64,000 nucleotides of DNA from an uncultured Ignavibacteria bacterium (GCA_937870915.1 CALMZQ010000209.1:30709-94708); one strand, 5' to 3'; shown: positions 1 to 11,791, counted from the first letter of the stretch. The notes: generated by a model not told the origin, from the letters alone. Numbers and translations are program-made.

Positions 1-2705
1 CCATCCGGGACCTTGGACAACTGACCTATGCCGCAAAGCGTGGCATGGCAACTTCCACACCACAGTTTGCTATCAATGCCACCCTGCAGTTTAACATCCT
101 CGGCGATCCATTCACCCGCATACACATAGACACAAACGAACAAGTGTCACTAGCCCCTTCTCGAGTTGTGGTAACATCTCCGGTAGGGGGCTCACAGATC
201 CGCGAGGACGATGATTCTGCCAACGTTGATGTAACAATCTGGAGTGAAGGCACAGGATCAAAACTGCCATATTTGGTGCGCATGTGGCATACGTTTGATG
301 GCGTTACAGATAGTACGTCGTTCACCGTTGTGAGTGGTCTCTGCAGAGAAGACGTTGTGCGATTTGTTGTGGATGTTACGAACAAGGTTGGGACACATGT
401 TCTTGATGTAGAGGTTGATCCAAATGGATCGCTTAATGACCGACGTTCCGATAACAGGGTTCGTACAACCTTTACGGTGTTTGCAAAGTCGCTGCTCATT
501 GTAGAACCCGACCCGTATGGCGTGGTGAACACATCGGACGTACGAGCTCGTGTGATAGACATCCTCTCAACGCCACAGAACACGATGAAGATCGAGATGG
601 TGATATCGGAGTCTCAGGATACCACATCGCCCCTTCTTCGATCCCTTCCCGAAGAGATCATTCGAAGTGGGAGTATTGTGGACTGGGAAACAACGCGTAC
701 CGGCCTTGGACTTGTCTACGAAGCAGATGTATGGCTAGGAGTGTGGGCCACAGATACAACAACACAAGAACGCACTGCCATAGCCTGGACGCCCGTAAAG
801 GTCTTTGATCGAGATGCTCCGTCACCATCGTGGCACGAGGTTGGTGCTAGGCATGCAACGATCTTGTCGGATAGTCTTGAGTACGACACGGTTTCTCGCA
901 CCGTGCGCCTAATCACGTATGATCGCGACGTATTTGTTCGATCAAGTGGAGTGATGACCTCTGACCCAGACAAAGATCCCATTCTCGAAGTGCGTATCGG
1001 TTCTGCAACGATCATCAAGAGTGCTTTCCGCACAGGCCTTAACATAGTGGTCGTCGGTCAGCGCGATACAGTGCCATTGCGAATCCGCAGGTACGACACC
1101 TCACAGGACCCTCTGCCGATAGGAACAGGACATAATGGATTTGCTCGAGAATGTTTGGCGTTTCTCCGCGATTCCATTGCGGAAACCGAACGAATTGTGA
1201 TAGCTGCCTGTAATGAATCATTCTCGCGGTTTGTGACCGACGGGCTTTTGGATTCCTTGCGCATTGAACTCAAGCGACTTGGCTCAAAGCTCTGCGACTC
1301 TATTTCCATATCCTCGTCATTTGCATTCCTTGGCTCTCGCACAACGGCACCCGGCGCAGCATTTGAATCGTGGAAAGGGGCTCCGGAGTACATGGTCACA
1401 GTTGATACACCACTCGCATTTCATTATCCGAGCGGTCGGGTGACAAGTCCATTGATAGGTCCCGCTCGTACGTGGACCTCAGTTAGTTTTGGATCATCCG
1501 GCGATGTGAAGTCGAAACTCTGGGGCTATAGGAGCGACGGTTCAACTCTTCTGCTCGATACCACTGGACGTTGGACGCCGGGTCAAGACCAGCAGGACGT
1601 AGTAGCTCTTTCGTATGAGTGGGAGATTGTTGGGACAGAACAATATCCCGATGCGTTTGTAGGGGATATTCAAGCGGACTATGAGCCCCTTCCCCAATGG
1701 ATTATTGAAGCTGATGGATTGACCTTGGAAGCAGATACCGTTCTGCGTGGCATACCTGCCCGTGGTACGGTACGTGTGCGAAATGCACGTACGGAGTTCC
1801 GTGCGCCGGCCATGCAATTCACGGTAACATCATTTGACAGTGCTTCCATGTCAACCATTGGTCAGCAGACATTTGAACTATCCGAGATTGACGCCGATGA
1901 ATGGAGCGAGCAACCATTTGCCGTCCTCACCGAAGCGTCGTCAGCCAAAACACTCTTGGTTGCCAGACTCGATAACGACCCTGAGGAACCGGAGCTCTTT
2001 CGCGTTCTCGATGAGTGTCGTACAATGCTTTCTATTGCCAGTGACTCAACACCTCCCGTCATAGAACCCTTCATCGATGATAGGCTCATGCCGGTAGGGG
2101 GCTGGGTGTATCAGAAACCGATGATAGAGGTGCGCCTTCGCGACAATTCACCGCTTTATATCTATGACTCGGAGCGGATGATCGTTTTTGTAAACGGTGT
2201 TCGAATTCGGCAGACAACGTCAGAGGACTATGAATTCCTCAACACTCCGGCGGCGCAGGCCGAATGGCCCGGGACGGATGTACGGGCAGCAATGCGTTTC
2301 AGATTCCCGCTGGAGCTGGGCGAGAATCTTTTGATTGTGCGTGCCTCTGATGCTTGGAACAATACGGACACCCTGGAGATACCCCTCCTAACCTCAAACG
2401 AGACCCGACTTGATGCCGTAACCGTGGTCCCCAACCCATCCACAGGCCCTGTGAGCTTTGTGGTGTCCTTGGTTTCTGCCAATGCAACATCCGAAGCCAA
2501 CATGGACATCTTTGACGTGCAGGGACGTCATATCCGGTCACTTCCCACACAGATCACTGTAGGGGAGGGCCGCGTGAATTGGGACGGAAGAGGGGACGCC
2601 GGTGAGGTTCTAGCTGCCGGAGTCTATGCCTGGAAGTTGAGTGTAAAGGATGCCAATGGGGGCGTTGCAAGCACTACCAACGGAACCCTGATTTTGGTCC
2701 GGTAA
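1..2705 (+). CDS. large secreted/cell-surface protein, 5'-truncated by window edge, with C-terminal T9SS-type (Por/FlgD-Ig-like) sorting domain
   Basis: The frame of ORF 45..2705 stays open back to base 3, so the gene starts upstream of the window. The last ~90 aa (VVPNPSTGPVSF..IFDVQGRHIRSL..WDGRGDAGEVLAAGVYAWKLSV) fit the type IX secretion C-terminal domain pattern. The rest has no motif I recognise. Confidence 0.6.
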   Translation, partial: IRDLGQLTYAAKRGMATSTPQFAINATLQFNILGDPFTRIHIDTNEQVSLAPSRVVVTSPVGGSQIREDDDSANVDVTIWSEGTGSKLPYLVRMWHTFDGVTDSTSFTVVSGLCREDVVRFVVDVTNKVGTHVLDVEVDPNGSLNDRRSDNRVRTTFTVFAKSLLIVEPDPYGVVNTSDVRARVIDILSTPQNTMKIEMVISESQDTTSPLLRSLPEEIIRSGSIVDWETTRTGLGLVYEADVWLGVWATDTTTQERTAIAWTPVKVFDRDAPSPSWHEVGARHATILSDSLEYDTVSRTVRLITYDRDVFVRSSGVMTSDPDKDPILEVRIGSATIIKSAFRTGLNIVVVGQRDTVPLRIRRYDTSQDPLPIGTGHNGFARECLAFLRDSIAETERIVIAACNESFSRFVTDGLLDSLRIELKRLGSKLCDSISISSSFAFLGSRTTAPGAAFESWKGAPEYMVTVDTPLAFHYPSGRVTSPLIGPARTWTSVSFGSSGDVKSKLWGYRSDGSTLLLDTTGRWTPGQDQQDVVALSYEWEIVGTEQYPDAFVGDIQADYEPLPQWIIEADGLTLEADTVLRGIPARGTVRVRNARTEFRAPAMQFTVTSFDSASMSTIGQQTFELSEIDADEWSEQPFAVLTEASSAKTLLVARLDNDPEEPELFRVLDECRTMLSIASDSTPPVIEPFIDDRLMPVGGWVYQKPMIEVRLRDNSPLYIYDSERMIVFVNGVRIRQTTSEDYEFLNTPAAQAEWPGTDVRAAMRFRFPLELGENLLIVRASDAWNNTDTLEIPLLTSNETRLDAVTVVPNPSTGPVSFVVSLVSANATSEANMDIFDVQGRHIRSLPTQITVGEGRVNWDGRGDAGEVLAAGVYAWKLSVKDANGGVASTTNGTLILVR

Positions 2706-2733
2706 TAGCTCCATCTAACACCTGATGATTTCG

Positions 2734-2741
2734 TAAATTTG
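2734..2741 (+). promoter_or_regulatory. candidate Bacteroidota-type -7 promoter box (TAAATTTG = TAnnTTTG) upstream of gyrA
   Basis: Exact TAnnTTTG match 67 nt upstream of the gyrA ATG. No TTG at the expected -33 distance. Confidence 0.3.
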
Positions 2742-2808
2742 TGGCTTCACGGCGACTGCCTGCAGCACGCATCGCCACGTTACGGAACCCATCGGTTTTC
2801 AAGGGGAT

Positions 2809-5319
2809 ATGGCTCTTTACAACGAAAAAATCCTGCCCGTCCTGATGGAGGACGAGATGCGGGATTCGTACCTCGATTATTCCATGTCGGTGATTGTTTC
2901 TCGTGCGCTTCCTGATGCACGGGACGGAATGAAACCGGTTCACCGCCGGATCCTGTATGCCATGTACGAGTTGGGTATGGCACCCAATCGACCATACAAG
3001 AAAAGTGCCCGTATCGTAGGGGAAGTGCTGGGTAAATACCACCCACACGGTGACTCAGCCGTGTATGACGCCATGGTGCGCCTTGCGCAGCCATGGTCGA
3101 TGCGCTACCAACTGGTAGACGGACAGGGCAACTTTGGATCGGTCGACGGAGACTCTCCGGCCGCTATGCGTTATACGGAAGCACGTATGACGGGTCTGGC
3201 CATGGAAGTCTTGCGTGATATCGATAAGAATACAGTTGACTTCCGTTCAAACTTCGATGACTCGTTACAGGAACCCACGGTCTTGCCGGCGGTTCTTCCA
3301 ACGTTGCTCGTAAATGGCGCAAACGGTATCGCCGTTGGTATGGCCACGAACATCCCGCCGCATAACCTACGCGAGATCATCAACGGAATTCAGGCCGTGA
3401 TTGCAGATCCTGCAATCGCTAACGAAGAACTGTTGAAGTATGTAACCGCACCAGACTTCCCAACGGGTGGTATCATCTACGGCTATGAGGGTGTGCGTAA
3501 CGCCTACACTACAGGCCGTGGCAAGATCTTGGTACGTGCAAAGGCTATCACGGAGACCAATAAGCAAGGACGTGAGGCAATCATTATCAATGAGTTGCCA
3601 TATCAGGTCAGCAAGGCCGGGCTCATTGAAAAGATCGCGGACCTGGTGAAGGCAAAGTCACTCGAGGATATCTCCGATATCCGTGATGAATCTGACCGCG
3701 ACGGAATGCGCATTGTGATCGAACTCAAGCGCGATGGCGTTCCGATGGTTGTGCTCAATAACCTGTACAAGCATACGCAAATGCAGGTGACGTTTGGCGT
3801 GATCATGCTTGCCCTTGTTAATGGTCGCCCACGCATCCTTACGCTCAAGGAACTCATGGAAGAGTTCCTCAAGCACCGTAATGAAGTGATCGTACGTCGT
3901 ACACAATACGATCTGGATGCCGCTGAGAAACGCGCTCACATTTTGGAAGGCTTTATCATCGCTCTCGATAACATCGAAGCAGTGATCAAGACCATCCGCG
4001 AATCAAAGGACGCACAACAAGCGTCTGAACGTTTGCAGTCACGATTTGGACTCTCAGAGATCCAAGCCAAGGCCATTCTCGACATGCGTCTCCAGCGCCT
4101 CACCGGTCTTGAGCGTGAGAAGATCCAAAATGAATATGCCGAAGTGATCCAGACCATTGAACGTCTGCGTGCAATCCTTGCCAGCAAGGACCTGCAAATG
4201 CAGATGATCGGGACAGAACTCAAAGAACTTGCCGATAAGTATGGTGATGAGCGTCGCACCCAGGTTGTGTACGACGCAAAGGACTTTACCCTCGAAGACA
4301 TGATCGCCAACGAAGAAGTGATCGTGTCGATTTCGCATAACGGCTATATCAAGCGTACTGCGGTAACAACATATCGCAGGCAACATCGCGGCGGACGTGG
4401 TGTTGCTGGTGCAGGGACGTATGAGGATGATTGGGTAGAACATCTCTTCCAAGCATCCACACACCACTACATGTTGTTCTTTACGGATCGTGGTCGCGTC
4501 TACCGTCAAAAGGTCTATGACATTCCGGAAGGTTCTCGGAATGCAAAGGGGCGGTCCCTTGCCAACGTAATCCAAAAACAGGCCGATGAAAAGGTAACTG
4601 CCTATCTGTCTGTTACAGATTTCGATCGAGAAGATGTTTACATCTTTATGGCAACACGGAACGGTACTGTCAAGAAGACATCACTCAAAGACTTTGCCAA
4701 CGTCCGTTCTAACGGCATCATCGCCGTGAATCTTGATGACGATGATCGTTTAATTGGTGCTCGTCTCACGGATGGTTCAATGGAGATTCTCATTGGAGCC
4801 TCAAACGGGCTAGCCGTGCGATTCCCGGAAACGGACGTGCGCCCAATGGGACGTGCTGCGGCAGGAGTGAGAGGTATCTCCCTCGCCGAAAACGCCTATG
4901 TGATCTCGCTCACAGCAGTGCGTCGGAGCGACGCTCAAGTCATCGTGGTAGGTACGCGCGGATATGGCAAACGAACCGTGGTTGACGAATTCCGGATGAC
5001 AAAGCGTGGCGCTAAGGGCGTGATCGCGATGAACATGACGGAGAAGACCGGACCAATCTGCGCCATTCTCGAAGTCCACGATACGCAAGACTTGGTGGTG
5101 ATCACCACCAACGGCATCCTTATCCGTCAGCAAGTCAAAGATGTTCGCCAGCTTGGTCGCAATACACAGGGTGTGAAGCTGATCCGCCTCGAAGAGGGTG
5201 ATCAGATTGCCGATATCACTACTGTTACACGCGACGAGGATGATGAGGTGGACCCGATTGAGGGAGCAGAAGGCACGCCGGACAATAACGGTGCAGACAC
5301 TCCTACACCAGATGCATAA
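2809..5319 (+). CDS. gyrA: DNA gyrase subunit A
   Basis: 836 aa. QRDR-like [14 protein letters not shown], catalytic Tyr context [10 protein letters not shown], and C-terminal beta-pinwheel repeats. Confidence 0.97.
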   Translation: MALYNEKILPVLMEDEMRDSYLDYSMSVIVSRALPDARDGMKPVHRRILYAMYELGMAPNRPYKKSARIVGEVLGKYHPHGDSAVYDAMVRLAQPWSMRYQLVDGQGNFGSVDGDSPAAMRYTEARMTGLAMEVLRDIDKNTVDFRSNFDDSLQEPTVLPAVLPTLLVNGANGIAVGMATNIPPHNLREIINGIQAVIADPAIANEELLKYVTAPDFPTGGIIYGYEGVRNAYTTGRGKILVRAKAITETNKQGREAIIINELPYQVSKAGLIEKIADLVKAKSLEDISDIRDESDRDGMRIVIELKRDGVPMVVLNNLYKHTQMQVTFGVIMLALVNGRPRILTLKELMEEFLKHRNEVIVRRTQYDLDAAEKRAHILEGFIIALDNIEAVIKTIRESKDAQQASERLQSRFGLSEIQAKAILDMRLQRLTGLEREKIQNEYAEVIQTIERLRAILASKDLQMQMIGTELKELADKYGDERRTQVVYDAKDFTLEDMIANEEVIVSISHNGYIKRTAVTTYRRQHRGGRGVAGAGTYEDDWVEHLFQASTHHYMLFFTDRGRVYRQKVYDIPEGSRNAKGRSLANVIQKQADEKVTAYLSVTDFDREDVYIFMATRNGTVKKTSLKDFANVRSNGIIAVNLDDDDRLIGARLTDGSMEILIGASNGLAVRFPETDVRPMGRAAAGVRGISLAENAYVISLTAVRRSDAQVIVVGTRGYGKRTVVDEFRMTKRGAKGVIAMNMTEKTGPICAILEVHDTQDLVVITTNGILIRQQVKDVRQLGRNTQGVKLIRLEEGDQIADITTVTRDEDDEVDPIEGAEGTPDNNGADTPTPDA

Positions 5320-7315
5320 CCTCCACCGGGTGAAGTCCATCTTCACCTGGTGGTGTTTTTTCTGCATCGGTGTTCTAGCGCCCATGCAGGCACTGTCGCA
5401 AGCTCAAGCGCCCGCACAGGGTGCTCCGCCTGCAATTCCACCTGCACGCGATACTGCGTTTACACAACGAACTGTGGTCGTAACCGATTCAATGCCCGCC
5501 CCATGGCGAGCATTGGGTCGGCTGACCGCGTATGATACCGAAACAGAAACGCAGATCACAAAATTCGATATGCGGAAACTGCAATACGGTCAGCTCGCTG
5601 ATGCCCTCTATCGAGGCACACACTGGACGCCCCTTTCCCATGGTGGATTTGGTCAGAACGATGGCCTCAGTGTGATGGGCGGTATGAATGTTGACCTAGC
5701 TGTGAGCATCAATACACGCCCCCTAACAGAATCTTGGTCGGGCACGTATCAACTCATCCAAGCTCAACCCGCCGGACTAGAACGTGTGGAGATCCTTACC
5801 GGAACAGATGCCGTGGGTCTTGCCCCTAGCATGACGCTTACGTCTCTGAACATGCAGTCCATGATCCACAACAGCGCAACCCCATACACTGCCCTGTGGT
5901 ATCATCAGGGAGGGGGCGATATCATCGCAATGGATGGTACGTTTTCGCAGAACGTTGCAGAGAACGTGAATGTGACGTTAGGGGTAAAGCGTAGTGGTGC
6001 TAATGGACGGTACACCAACACGAGCTTTGACATTTGGAACCTGCGCTCAGCAGTTCGTTGGACGATGAGCGCGCGGTCGCATCTTTTGGTATCATACGAA
6101 CTGGCATCACTTAATACGGGCCTATGGGGCGGTGTGCGAAATGTTGGTCTGTCTACGGAATTCACAGAGGATGCAGCACCACCGGTGAATTTCACATTGG
6201 CAGACAATACGCGCAGACACGATATAACGGCAAACTTTGCTCAGATCATGGCTGATGATTCATCGAGCGTGATCACGGCAACGCTGTTCGGTACGTATTC
6301 AGCAGTGCGGAGGTATGGAGATTCAGCGAATTATCAAAGTACGGAGGACACACTCAACGGACAGTTGCGGACGTCTGCTGTGCTGGGAGCACAAGTCCGG
6401 TTCGATCAGACGATTGGTGTGATGCGATTGCGTCTAGGGATCATCTCTGACATTACGAGACGTCCGATCGAAATGATTGGTGAAACTCTTGAGATGTATA
6501 ACATGGATTACTCGAACACGCAGGCCTTTGGTCACGTGACCTTCGATCTCACACCTTCGTTGGTCTTTCGTGGTGCTGCTCGTTTAGCGTTGCAAGATTC
6601 TCGATTTATGGTGGGCGCGGGAGCCGGACTCCGTCTACAAACAACGGACGGAGTTTATTCGGTTGATGCCTCCACATCAGAGCGAGCCCCCTTTGAATCA
6701 GAGGGGTATAGTCTTGCCGCTGAACGTCACTATCTCTTTTCAGCAGGCGGCACCTGGAACACCAAGAACATCCAGGCATCTGCAAAAGCCTTTGCACGGT
6801 TCATCAATGATCCAATCGTTGTAGTCGGAAACACTACCAACGGTGTCTATACAAGTGCTACTTCGTACAATGCAACATCACGCACGATCCTAGGAATTGC
6901 AGCAGACGCAACATGGCGGCTAGGGGACATCGAACTACGTCCGGTTGTGCGCGTCACGCGCTCTGCTACGTCAGACATAAATGACCAACGATTTCCATTG
7001 ATGATGGGTGATCTCTCGGTGGCCTATGTGTATGAGGTTGGTCGTAATTCTGTTCGGTTGGGTGTGAGCGGACGGTGGCTCAGCGAAGCACGTCTACCGC
7101 AGTATGTAGCCCCTTCTTGGACCTATGCAGAGCCTACGTTGAAGTCGGGCGATCAATATGATGGACTCAATGTGTTCCTCACCGCCGTTGTAGGAAATGC
7201 CACCGTCCGTGCCTCGTATGAGAATATTCTCGGTCAGCGTTGGTATACCACTTCTCTGGCCCCAGAGATCACACGAGCCATCCGCCTGAGCGTTGATTGG
7301 TCGTTCTTCGACTGA
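5312..7315 (+). CDS. TonB-dependent-receptor-like outer-membrane beta-barrel protein
   Basis: ORF 5198..7315 trimmed to the ATG at 5312, which overlaps the gyrA stop by 8 nt. This gives a signal peptide (..[18 protein letters not shown]). Plug-like segment (..[14 protein letters not shown]..) followed by a long beta-strand-rich region. Confidence 0.6.
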   Translation: MHNLHRVKSIFTWWCFFCIGVLAPMQALSQAQAPAQGAPPAIPPARDTAFTQRTVVVTDSMPAPWRALGRLTAYDTETETQITKFDMRKLQYGQLADALYRGTHWTPLSHGGFGQNDGLSVMGGMNVDLAVSINTRPLTESWSGTYQLIQAQPAGLERVEILTGTDAVGLAPSMTLTSLNMQSMIHNSATPYTALWYHQGGGDIIAMDGTFSQNVAENVNVTLGVKRSGANGRYTNTSFDIWNLRSAVRWTMSARSHLLVSYELASLNTGLWGGVRNVGLSTEFTEDAAPPVNFTLADNTRRHDITANFAQIMADDSSSVITATLFGTYSAVRRYGDSANYQSTEDTLNGQLRTSAVLGAQVRFDQTIGVMRLRLGIISDITRRPIEMIGETLEMYNMDYSNTQAFGHVTFDLTPSLVFRGAARLALQDSRFMVGAGAGLRLQTTDGVYSVDASTSERAPFESEGYSLAAERHYLFSAGGTWNTKNIQASAKAFARFINDPIVVVGNTTNGVYTSATSYNATSRTILGIAADATWRLGDIELRPVVRVTRSATSDINDQRFPLMMGDLSVAYVYEVGRNSVRLGVSGRWLSEARLPQYVAPSWTYAEPTLKSGDQYDGLNVFLTAVVGNATVRASYENILGQRWYTTSLAPEITRAIRLSVDWSFFD

Positions 7316-7345
7316 GTAATACCATATTGCAGTCAGGAGGTAATC

Positions 7346-9145
7346 GTGACTGCAACAACCATCCCAGAGATGTTCCTCGCCGTCTGCGAACGGTATGCGG
7401 GTAATTCTAGCAAGATCGCCTATACACATCGATCTGAGGGGGCTTGGCATCCCCTTACGCACGATGACGTGCGCCAACAGGTAGAACTTTTTGCCGACGG
7501 ATTACTCCGCTATGGTTTAGCACCGGGAGAACGTGTAGGCGTTGTTAGTGAAAACAGAACGGAATGGGTGGTAGTGGATTTTGCGATGGCTGGTATTGGT
7601 ATCGTAGACGTGCCGATCTTCCCAACACTTACAGCACACCAAGAGCAATTCATTTTCACGAACTGCGAAGCAACAGCCATCATCGTCTCCAACGCTGCAC
7701 AACTGCGCAAGGTGATGGAGGTTTGGGATGGTATGCCAACTGTACGTCTTGTGATTACCATGAACAACGATGTATCAGACAATCCTCGCGTTGTAAGTAT
7801 GCAGGCAGTGATGGAACGCAGCAGGTCAGAGAGCACGCCACTAGAGCGTAAAACAAAGTTTGCAACTCTTGCATCACGTGTTCGGCCGGATGATATCCTC
7901 ACCTTGATTTACACAAGCGGGACAACAGGTAATCCCAAGGGTGTGATGCTTACACACAGAAACCTTACGTCCAATGTTAGTAGTGCTCTGCAAATCATAG
8001 ACGTAACGGAGTCTGACTCCTTTCTTTCGTATCTGCCAATGTGTCACAGCTATGAGCGGATGACCGGACACTACCTAGCATTTGCCGCCGGTGCATCCGT
8101 CTATATCGCAGAATCAATTGAGTCGGTCGCAGAGCTTATGAAGGAAGTACGGCCAACCATCATGACGTCCGTGCCCCGTCTATTTGAGCGCATCCGCGCA
8201 CGTGTCCTAGGAGCAGTAGAGCGCGATTCTCGCGCAAAACAAGCAATCTTCCGTTGGGCTATGAACGTAGGCGAACGCTATGATGGTGGTGACAGAGGAA
8301 TGTTTACTGTTATGCAGCGTACCGTGGCAGACAAACTCGTTTTCTCAAAGATCCGGGAACGAACTGGTGGCAGGTTACGGTTCTTCGTATCAGGGGGTGC
8401 CGCACTCAACCACGAGGTTGGTAGGTTCTTCCGCATCATCGGTCTCACCATCGTAGAAGGTTATGGACTTACGGAAACATCACCAGTGATCTCTGCCCAT
8501 CGACTCGAAGATGTTGTGCTAGGCACCGTTGGTCCACCACTGCCTGGAGTTGACGTACGCATTGCAGAAGATGGAGAGATTCTTGCACGCGGACCGAGCA
8601 TTATGAAGGGGTATTGGAATGATGATGTTGCCACACGGGAATGTATCGATTCCGATGGGTGGTTGCATACGGGCGACATTGGAGAGTTCACGGACAAAGG
8701 TCACCTTCGCATTACCGATCGCAAAAAACATCTCTTCATATCAAGTGGTGGCAAGAATATCGCACCTGCGCCAATCGAGGCGTTGATTCTGCAAAGCCCC
8801 TTGATCGATCAGATGATGTTGATCGGTGATGCGCGCGAGTTTTGTACAGCATTGATTGTACCGGATGCAGAAACAATGAAAACATGGGCAGAAAAAAAAG
8901 GCGTAGTGTATCAGACGCAAGAAGCCTTGTGGTTGTCGCCCGAAGTTCATCGTGCACTGGAAGCAGACATCAATCGATTGCAACGCGAGCTACCCAAGTA
9001 CGAACGTGTACGTCGTTTTGCCGTTGTCACCAAACCCTTCACCGTTGAGAACGGTTTCCTCACACCAACGCTGAAGGTCAAGCGCAAGGCAGTGCTTGCT
9101 GCCTATGCCGAGATCATCGATCATCTGTATGAAAGACCTGAATGA
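7346..9145 (+). CDS. long-chain acyl-CoA synthetase (AMP-forming, FadD-like)
   Basis: 599 aa with GTG start. AMP-binding signature [21 protein letters not shown], and [17 protein letters not shown]. Confidence 0.9.
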   Translation: MTATTIPEMFLAVCERYAGNSSKIAYTHRSEGAWHPLTHDDVRQQVELFADGLLRYGLAPGERVGVVSENRTEWVVVDFAMAGIGIVDVPIFPTLTAHQEQFIFTNCEATAIIVSNAAQLRKVMEVWDGMPTVRLVITMNNDVSDNPRVVSMQAVMERSRSESTPLERKTKFATLASRVRPDDILTLIYTSGTTGNPKGVMLTHRNLTSNVSSALQIIDVTESDSFLSYLPMCHSYERMTGHYLAFAAGASVYIAESIESVAELMKEVRPTIMTSVPRLFERIRARVLGAVERDSRAKQAIFRWAMNVGERYDGGDRGMFTVMQRTVADKLVFSKIRERTGGRLRFFVSGGAALNHEVGRFFRIIGLTIVEGYGLTETSPVISAHRLEDVVLGTVGPPLPGVDVRIAEDGEILARGPSIMKGYWNDDVATRECIDSDGWLHTGDIGEFTDKGHLRITDRKKHLFISSGGKNIAPAPIEALILQSPLIDQMMLIGDAREFCTALIVPDAETMKTWAEKKGVVYQTQEALWLSPEVHRALEADINRLQRELPKYERVRRFAVVTKPFTVENGFLTPTLKVKRKAVLAAYAEIIDHLYERPE

Positions 9146-9939
9146 ATCTGCGTGAAGCAATTCGTACGCGTAAAACCTCCAACGGGCACTTCGATCCACG
9201 TCCGGTCTCTCTTGAGCACCAGCGTATGCTTGTTGAAGCGGCAGAGCGAGCACCAAGCCACTTTAACTCACAACCGTGGCGTTTTGTTTTGATAGACGAT
9301 CCTCACGTGCGTTCAAAGATTGCCTCCATTGGCGGTCGTACCATGACGCAGCTCATCGAAGGGGGCTCCTTCTTCACGCGCTACAGAAAATATTTCCGTT
9401 TCTCGCAAGAAGAAATGGATGAACGACGTGATGGAATCTTCATCGATCAAATGCCGATGGCGCTTCGGCCCTTCATCAAACAAGTATTCTCCGACAACGT
9501 GATGAATGTGCTGTCGAAACTTGGTGTTGCAAAACTCTTGGGAGAAGACAACCGTAAGTTGATCGAAGGGAGCCCCTTACTCCTTGCGGCACTGCTCACA
9601 AAGGAAGAATACAAACCCGGTGAACTCTCTGGCTACTATTGCACACTCTCACTTGGCATGGCCATTGAACACGTATGGCTGATGACAGGGGAGCTGGGTA
9701 TGGGTATTCAATTCGTATCAACGCCTATGGAGATTCCCGAAGCTTGGGAGGAGTTGAAGACAGTGTTGCAGGTGCCGGATGATCTAGAACTCATGGCCGT
9801 TTATCGACTTGGCTATCTCCCGCCGGAGAAACAACGTCCGCGTATCGACTGGCGCAGTGACCATCGAAAGCGCCTCTCGCAGATAGCGTTCCGCAACACT
9901 TGTGCAAATCCTGAACCGGATGCTCCGTCAACGTTATGA
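9142..9939 (+). CDS. nitroreductase-family flavoprotein
   Basis: 265 aa. [23 protein letters not shown] is typical of the nitroreductase fold. The start overlaps the upstream stop (ATGA at 9142-9145). Confidence 0.85.
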   Translation: MNLREAIRTRKTSNGHFDPRPVSLEHQRMLVEAAERAPSHFNSQPWRFVLIDDPHVRSKIASIGGRTMTQLIEGGSFFTRYRKYFRFSQEEMDERRDGIFIDQMPMALRPFIKQVFSDNVMNVLSKLGVAKLLGEDNRKLIEGSPLLLAALLTKEEYKPGELSGYYCTLSLGMAIEHVWLMTGELGMGIQFVSTPMEIPEAWEELKTVLQVPDDLELMAVYRLGYLPPEKQRPRIDWRSDHRKRLSQIAFRNTCANPEPDAPSTL

Positions 9940-10973
9940 TCACGGTACACATTGACGGAGTTGGTACCGCCGTACCGGAGTATATCGTTGATCAATCGAT
10001 GGTACGCGCAACCGTAGAACGTGTATTCGGCGGTTCTGTGGCAGATCTGCCCAGGTTGCTCCAAGTATTTGAACACGGTCACATCCACACAAGACGATTC
10101 GTGCGTCCACCCGAGTGGTATGCAATGGAGCATGGGTTAGCAGAAGCTAACGCCGTATATGCAGGGAGCGCCGTGAGCCTTGCAACGGAGGCGTCCCGAA
10201 CAGCACTTGCCGGACGTGAGAAGAACGTTGTGGGGATCGTTGTTGCAAGTACTACAGGTATCATGACGCCGTCTCTGGATGCAGCGTTGATCCAAACACT
10301 CGGACTTTCACTTCACACTAAACGTCTACCCATTTTTGGTCTTGGCTGTGCCGCAGGAGTTGCCGGACTCGCACGTGCCGCCGAGATGTCGCGCGCATTG
10401 GGCGGTGGACTCGTCGTCTTCGTAGCCGTAGAGATCTGCAGCGTCACCTTCCAACAGTCAGACAGATCAAAGTCCAACATCGTTGGTAGTTCCATCTTCG
10501 GTGACGGAGCCGCCGCCGTCTGCGTTAGCTCCACCGGCACAGGCCCAACAATCATTGGCAGCTACAGCACGTTGTTCCCTGGTACCGAAGACATCATGGG
10601 CTGGGATGTAGCAGACACCGGACTCCGCGTCCGCTTCTCCCGAGACATCCCAAGCTTTGTCCGACAACACCTTCCAACGGTGCTTGATGACGCCTGTGCC
10701 TCATGGTCTATCGCACGAAACGAGATCACTTCAATCGTGGCCCATCCAGGTGGTGCAAAGGTCCTCGATGCCTATGCAGAGGCAACAGGAATGCCCCCAT
10801 CAACCTTCAACATCGCCCGCAATATCCTGCGCGACTACGGCAACATGTCAAGCGTAAGTGTCCTCTTCGTTCTCAACGAATTCCTCAACACCACCCATGA
10901 ACCTGGCTACGCAATCATGAGCGCCCTTGGACCTGGGTTTAGTGCGGAGCAACTACTCTTGGAAAGTCACTAG
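9936..10973 (+). CDS. type III polyketide synthase (chalcone/stilbene synthase superfamily)
   Basis: 345 aa. Cys-His-Asn triad contexts [18 protein letters not shown] and [12 protein letters not shown] overlap with the nitroreductase stop. Confidence 0.9.
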   Translation: MITVHIDGVGTAVPEYIVDQSMVRATVERVFGGSVADLPRLLQVFEHGHIHTRRFVRPPEWYAMEHGLAEANAVYAGSAVSLATEASRTALAGREKNVVGIVVASTTGIMTPSLDAALIQTLGLSLHTKRLPIFGLGCAAGVAGLARAAEMSRALGGGLVVFVAVEICSVTFQQSDRSKSNIVGSSIFGDGAAAVCVSSTGTGPTIIGSYSTLFPGTEDIMGWDVADTGLRVRFSRDIPSFVRQHLPTVLDDACASWSIARNEITSIVAHPGGAKVLDAYAEATGMPPSTFNIARNILRDYGNMSSVSVLFVLNEFLNTTHEPGYAIMSALGPGFSAEQLLLESH

Positions 10974-11086
10974 TTACTCAGTTACTCAGTTACGAGTTAT
11001 GGAGTTACATTAGCACATTAGCACATTAGCACATTAGCACATTAGCACATTAGCACATTAGCACATTAGCACATTAGCACATTGCT
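10973..11086. repeat. 8-nt-period tandem array (GTTACTCA-type units, then 9 perfect ACATTAGC)
   Basis: Counted by eye: units start at 10973, 10981, 10989, 10997 and 11005. ACATTAGC is perfect from 11007 to 11078, followed by a partial unit. Confidence 0.95.
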
Positions 11087-11600
11087 CGAACTCCTCACCA
11101 CCATTCTCATCCTACAGCGCCTATCTGAATTGGTGTTAGCACGTCGTAATGAACGGCGGGCAAAGGCGCGTGGTGGAATAGAGTATGGGGCTAGGCATTA
11201 TCCCGTGATCGTGCTTTTGCACGTATTGTGGTTTGTTGGATTCATCACGGAAAGTGTTCTTCGTGGGAGTGGTCACGAGCTTGTAGGCACGTCGACTCTA
11301 TGGCCGATCTGGGCAACGGTCTTCGTTGCCGCCCAAGCACTGCGGTATTGGGCCATCACGTCGTTGGGTGATGCATGGAACACACGGATCATCATTGTTC
11401 CGGGAAGGCGTCTGGTACGCACGGGACCCTACAAGTTTATCCCGCACCCGAACTACGTGGCCGTGATCATGGAGTTCATTGCAGTGCCGCTTCTGGTCAA
11501 TGCCCCAATAACAGCGATTGTGGGGACAGCACTGAATCTTGCGTTGCTGATGATGGTGAGGGTGCCGGCTGAGCGTCAAGCACTTAGGAATAGCGAATAG
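11082..11600 (+). CDS. isoprenylcysteine carboxyl methyltransferase (ICMT)-family membrane methyltransferase (BpsB/SrsB-like)
   Basis: 172 aa, multi-TM. N-terminal ..QRLSELVLARRNERRAKARGGIEYG, and FIPHPNYVAVIMEF (the HPNY motif of the ICMT family). The only start available is TTG 11082, at the edge of the repeat. Confidence 0.8.
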   Translation: MLELLTTILILQRLSELVLARRNERRAKARGGIEYGARHYPVIVLLHVLWFVGFITESVLRGSGHELVGTSTLWPIWATVFVAAQALRYWAITSLGDAWNTRIIIVPGRRLVRTGPYKFIPHPNYVAVIMEFIAVPLLVNAPITAIVGTALNLALLMMVRVPAERQALRNSE

Positions 11601-11790
11601 CGAATAGCGAATAGCGAATCAAGAAAAGTGAAATTCGCTATTCGCTATTCACTATTCACTATTCGCTATTCACTATTCGCTATTCATTATTCGCTATTCA
11701 CTATTCGCTATTCACTATTCACTATTCACTATTCGCTATTCGCTATTCGCTATTCACTATTCGCTATTCACTATTCGCTATTCGCTATTC
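11588..11790. repeat. inverted heptamer microsatellite: (GAATAGC)x4.7, 12-nt spacer, then (ATTCRCT)x22.6
   Basis: GAATAGC units at 11588-11620. ATTCGCT/ATTCACT units (plus one ATTCATT) at 11633-11790. The two arms are reverse complements: an 18-bp perfect stem at the junction, then periodic C-A mismatches. Confidence 0.95.
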
Positions 11791-11791
11791 T

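Noticed and set aside
5198-5311. Long N-terminal extensions offered by the ORF track (also 21669-21767, 21590-21739, 51794-52102, 54821-54937, 14271-14339, 16921-17055, 48305-48367)
   Set aside because: The extensions overlap neighbouring genes or repeat DNA. Internal ATGs give proper signal peptides or canonical N-termini, so the starts were trimmed.
10973-11790. Possible CRISPR array
   Set aside because: The units are 7-8 nt and directly abutting, with no unique spacers, and there are no cas genes in the window. These are microsatellite-type tandem repeats, not CRISPR.
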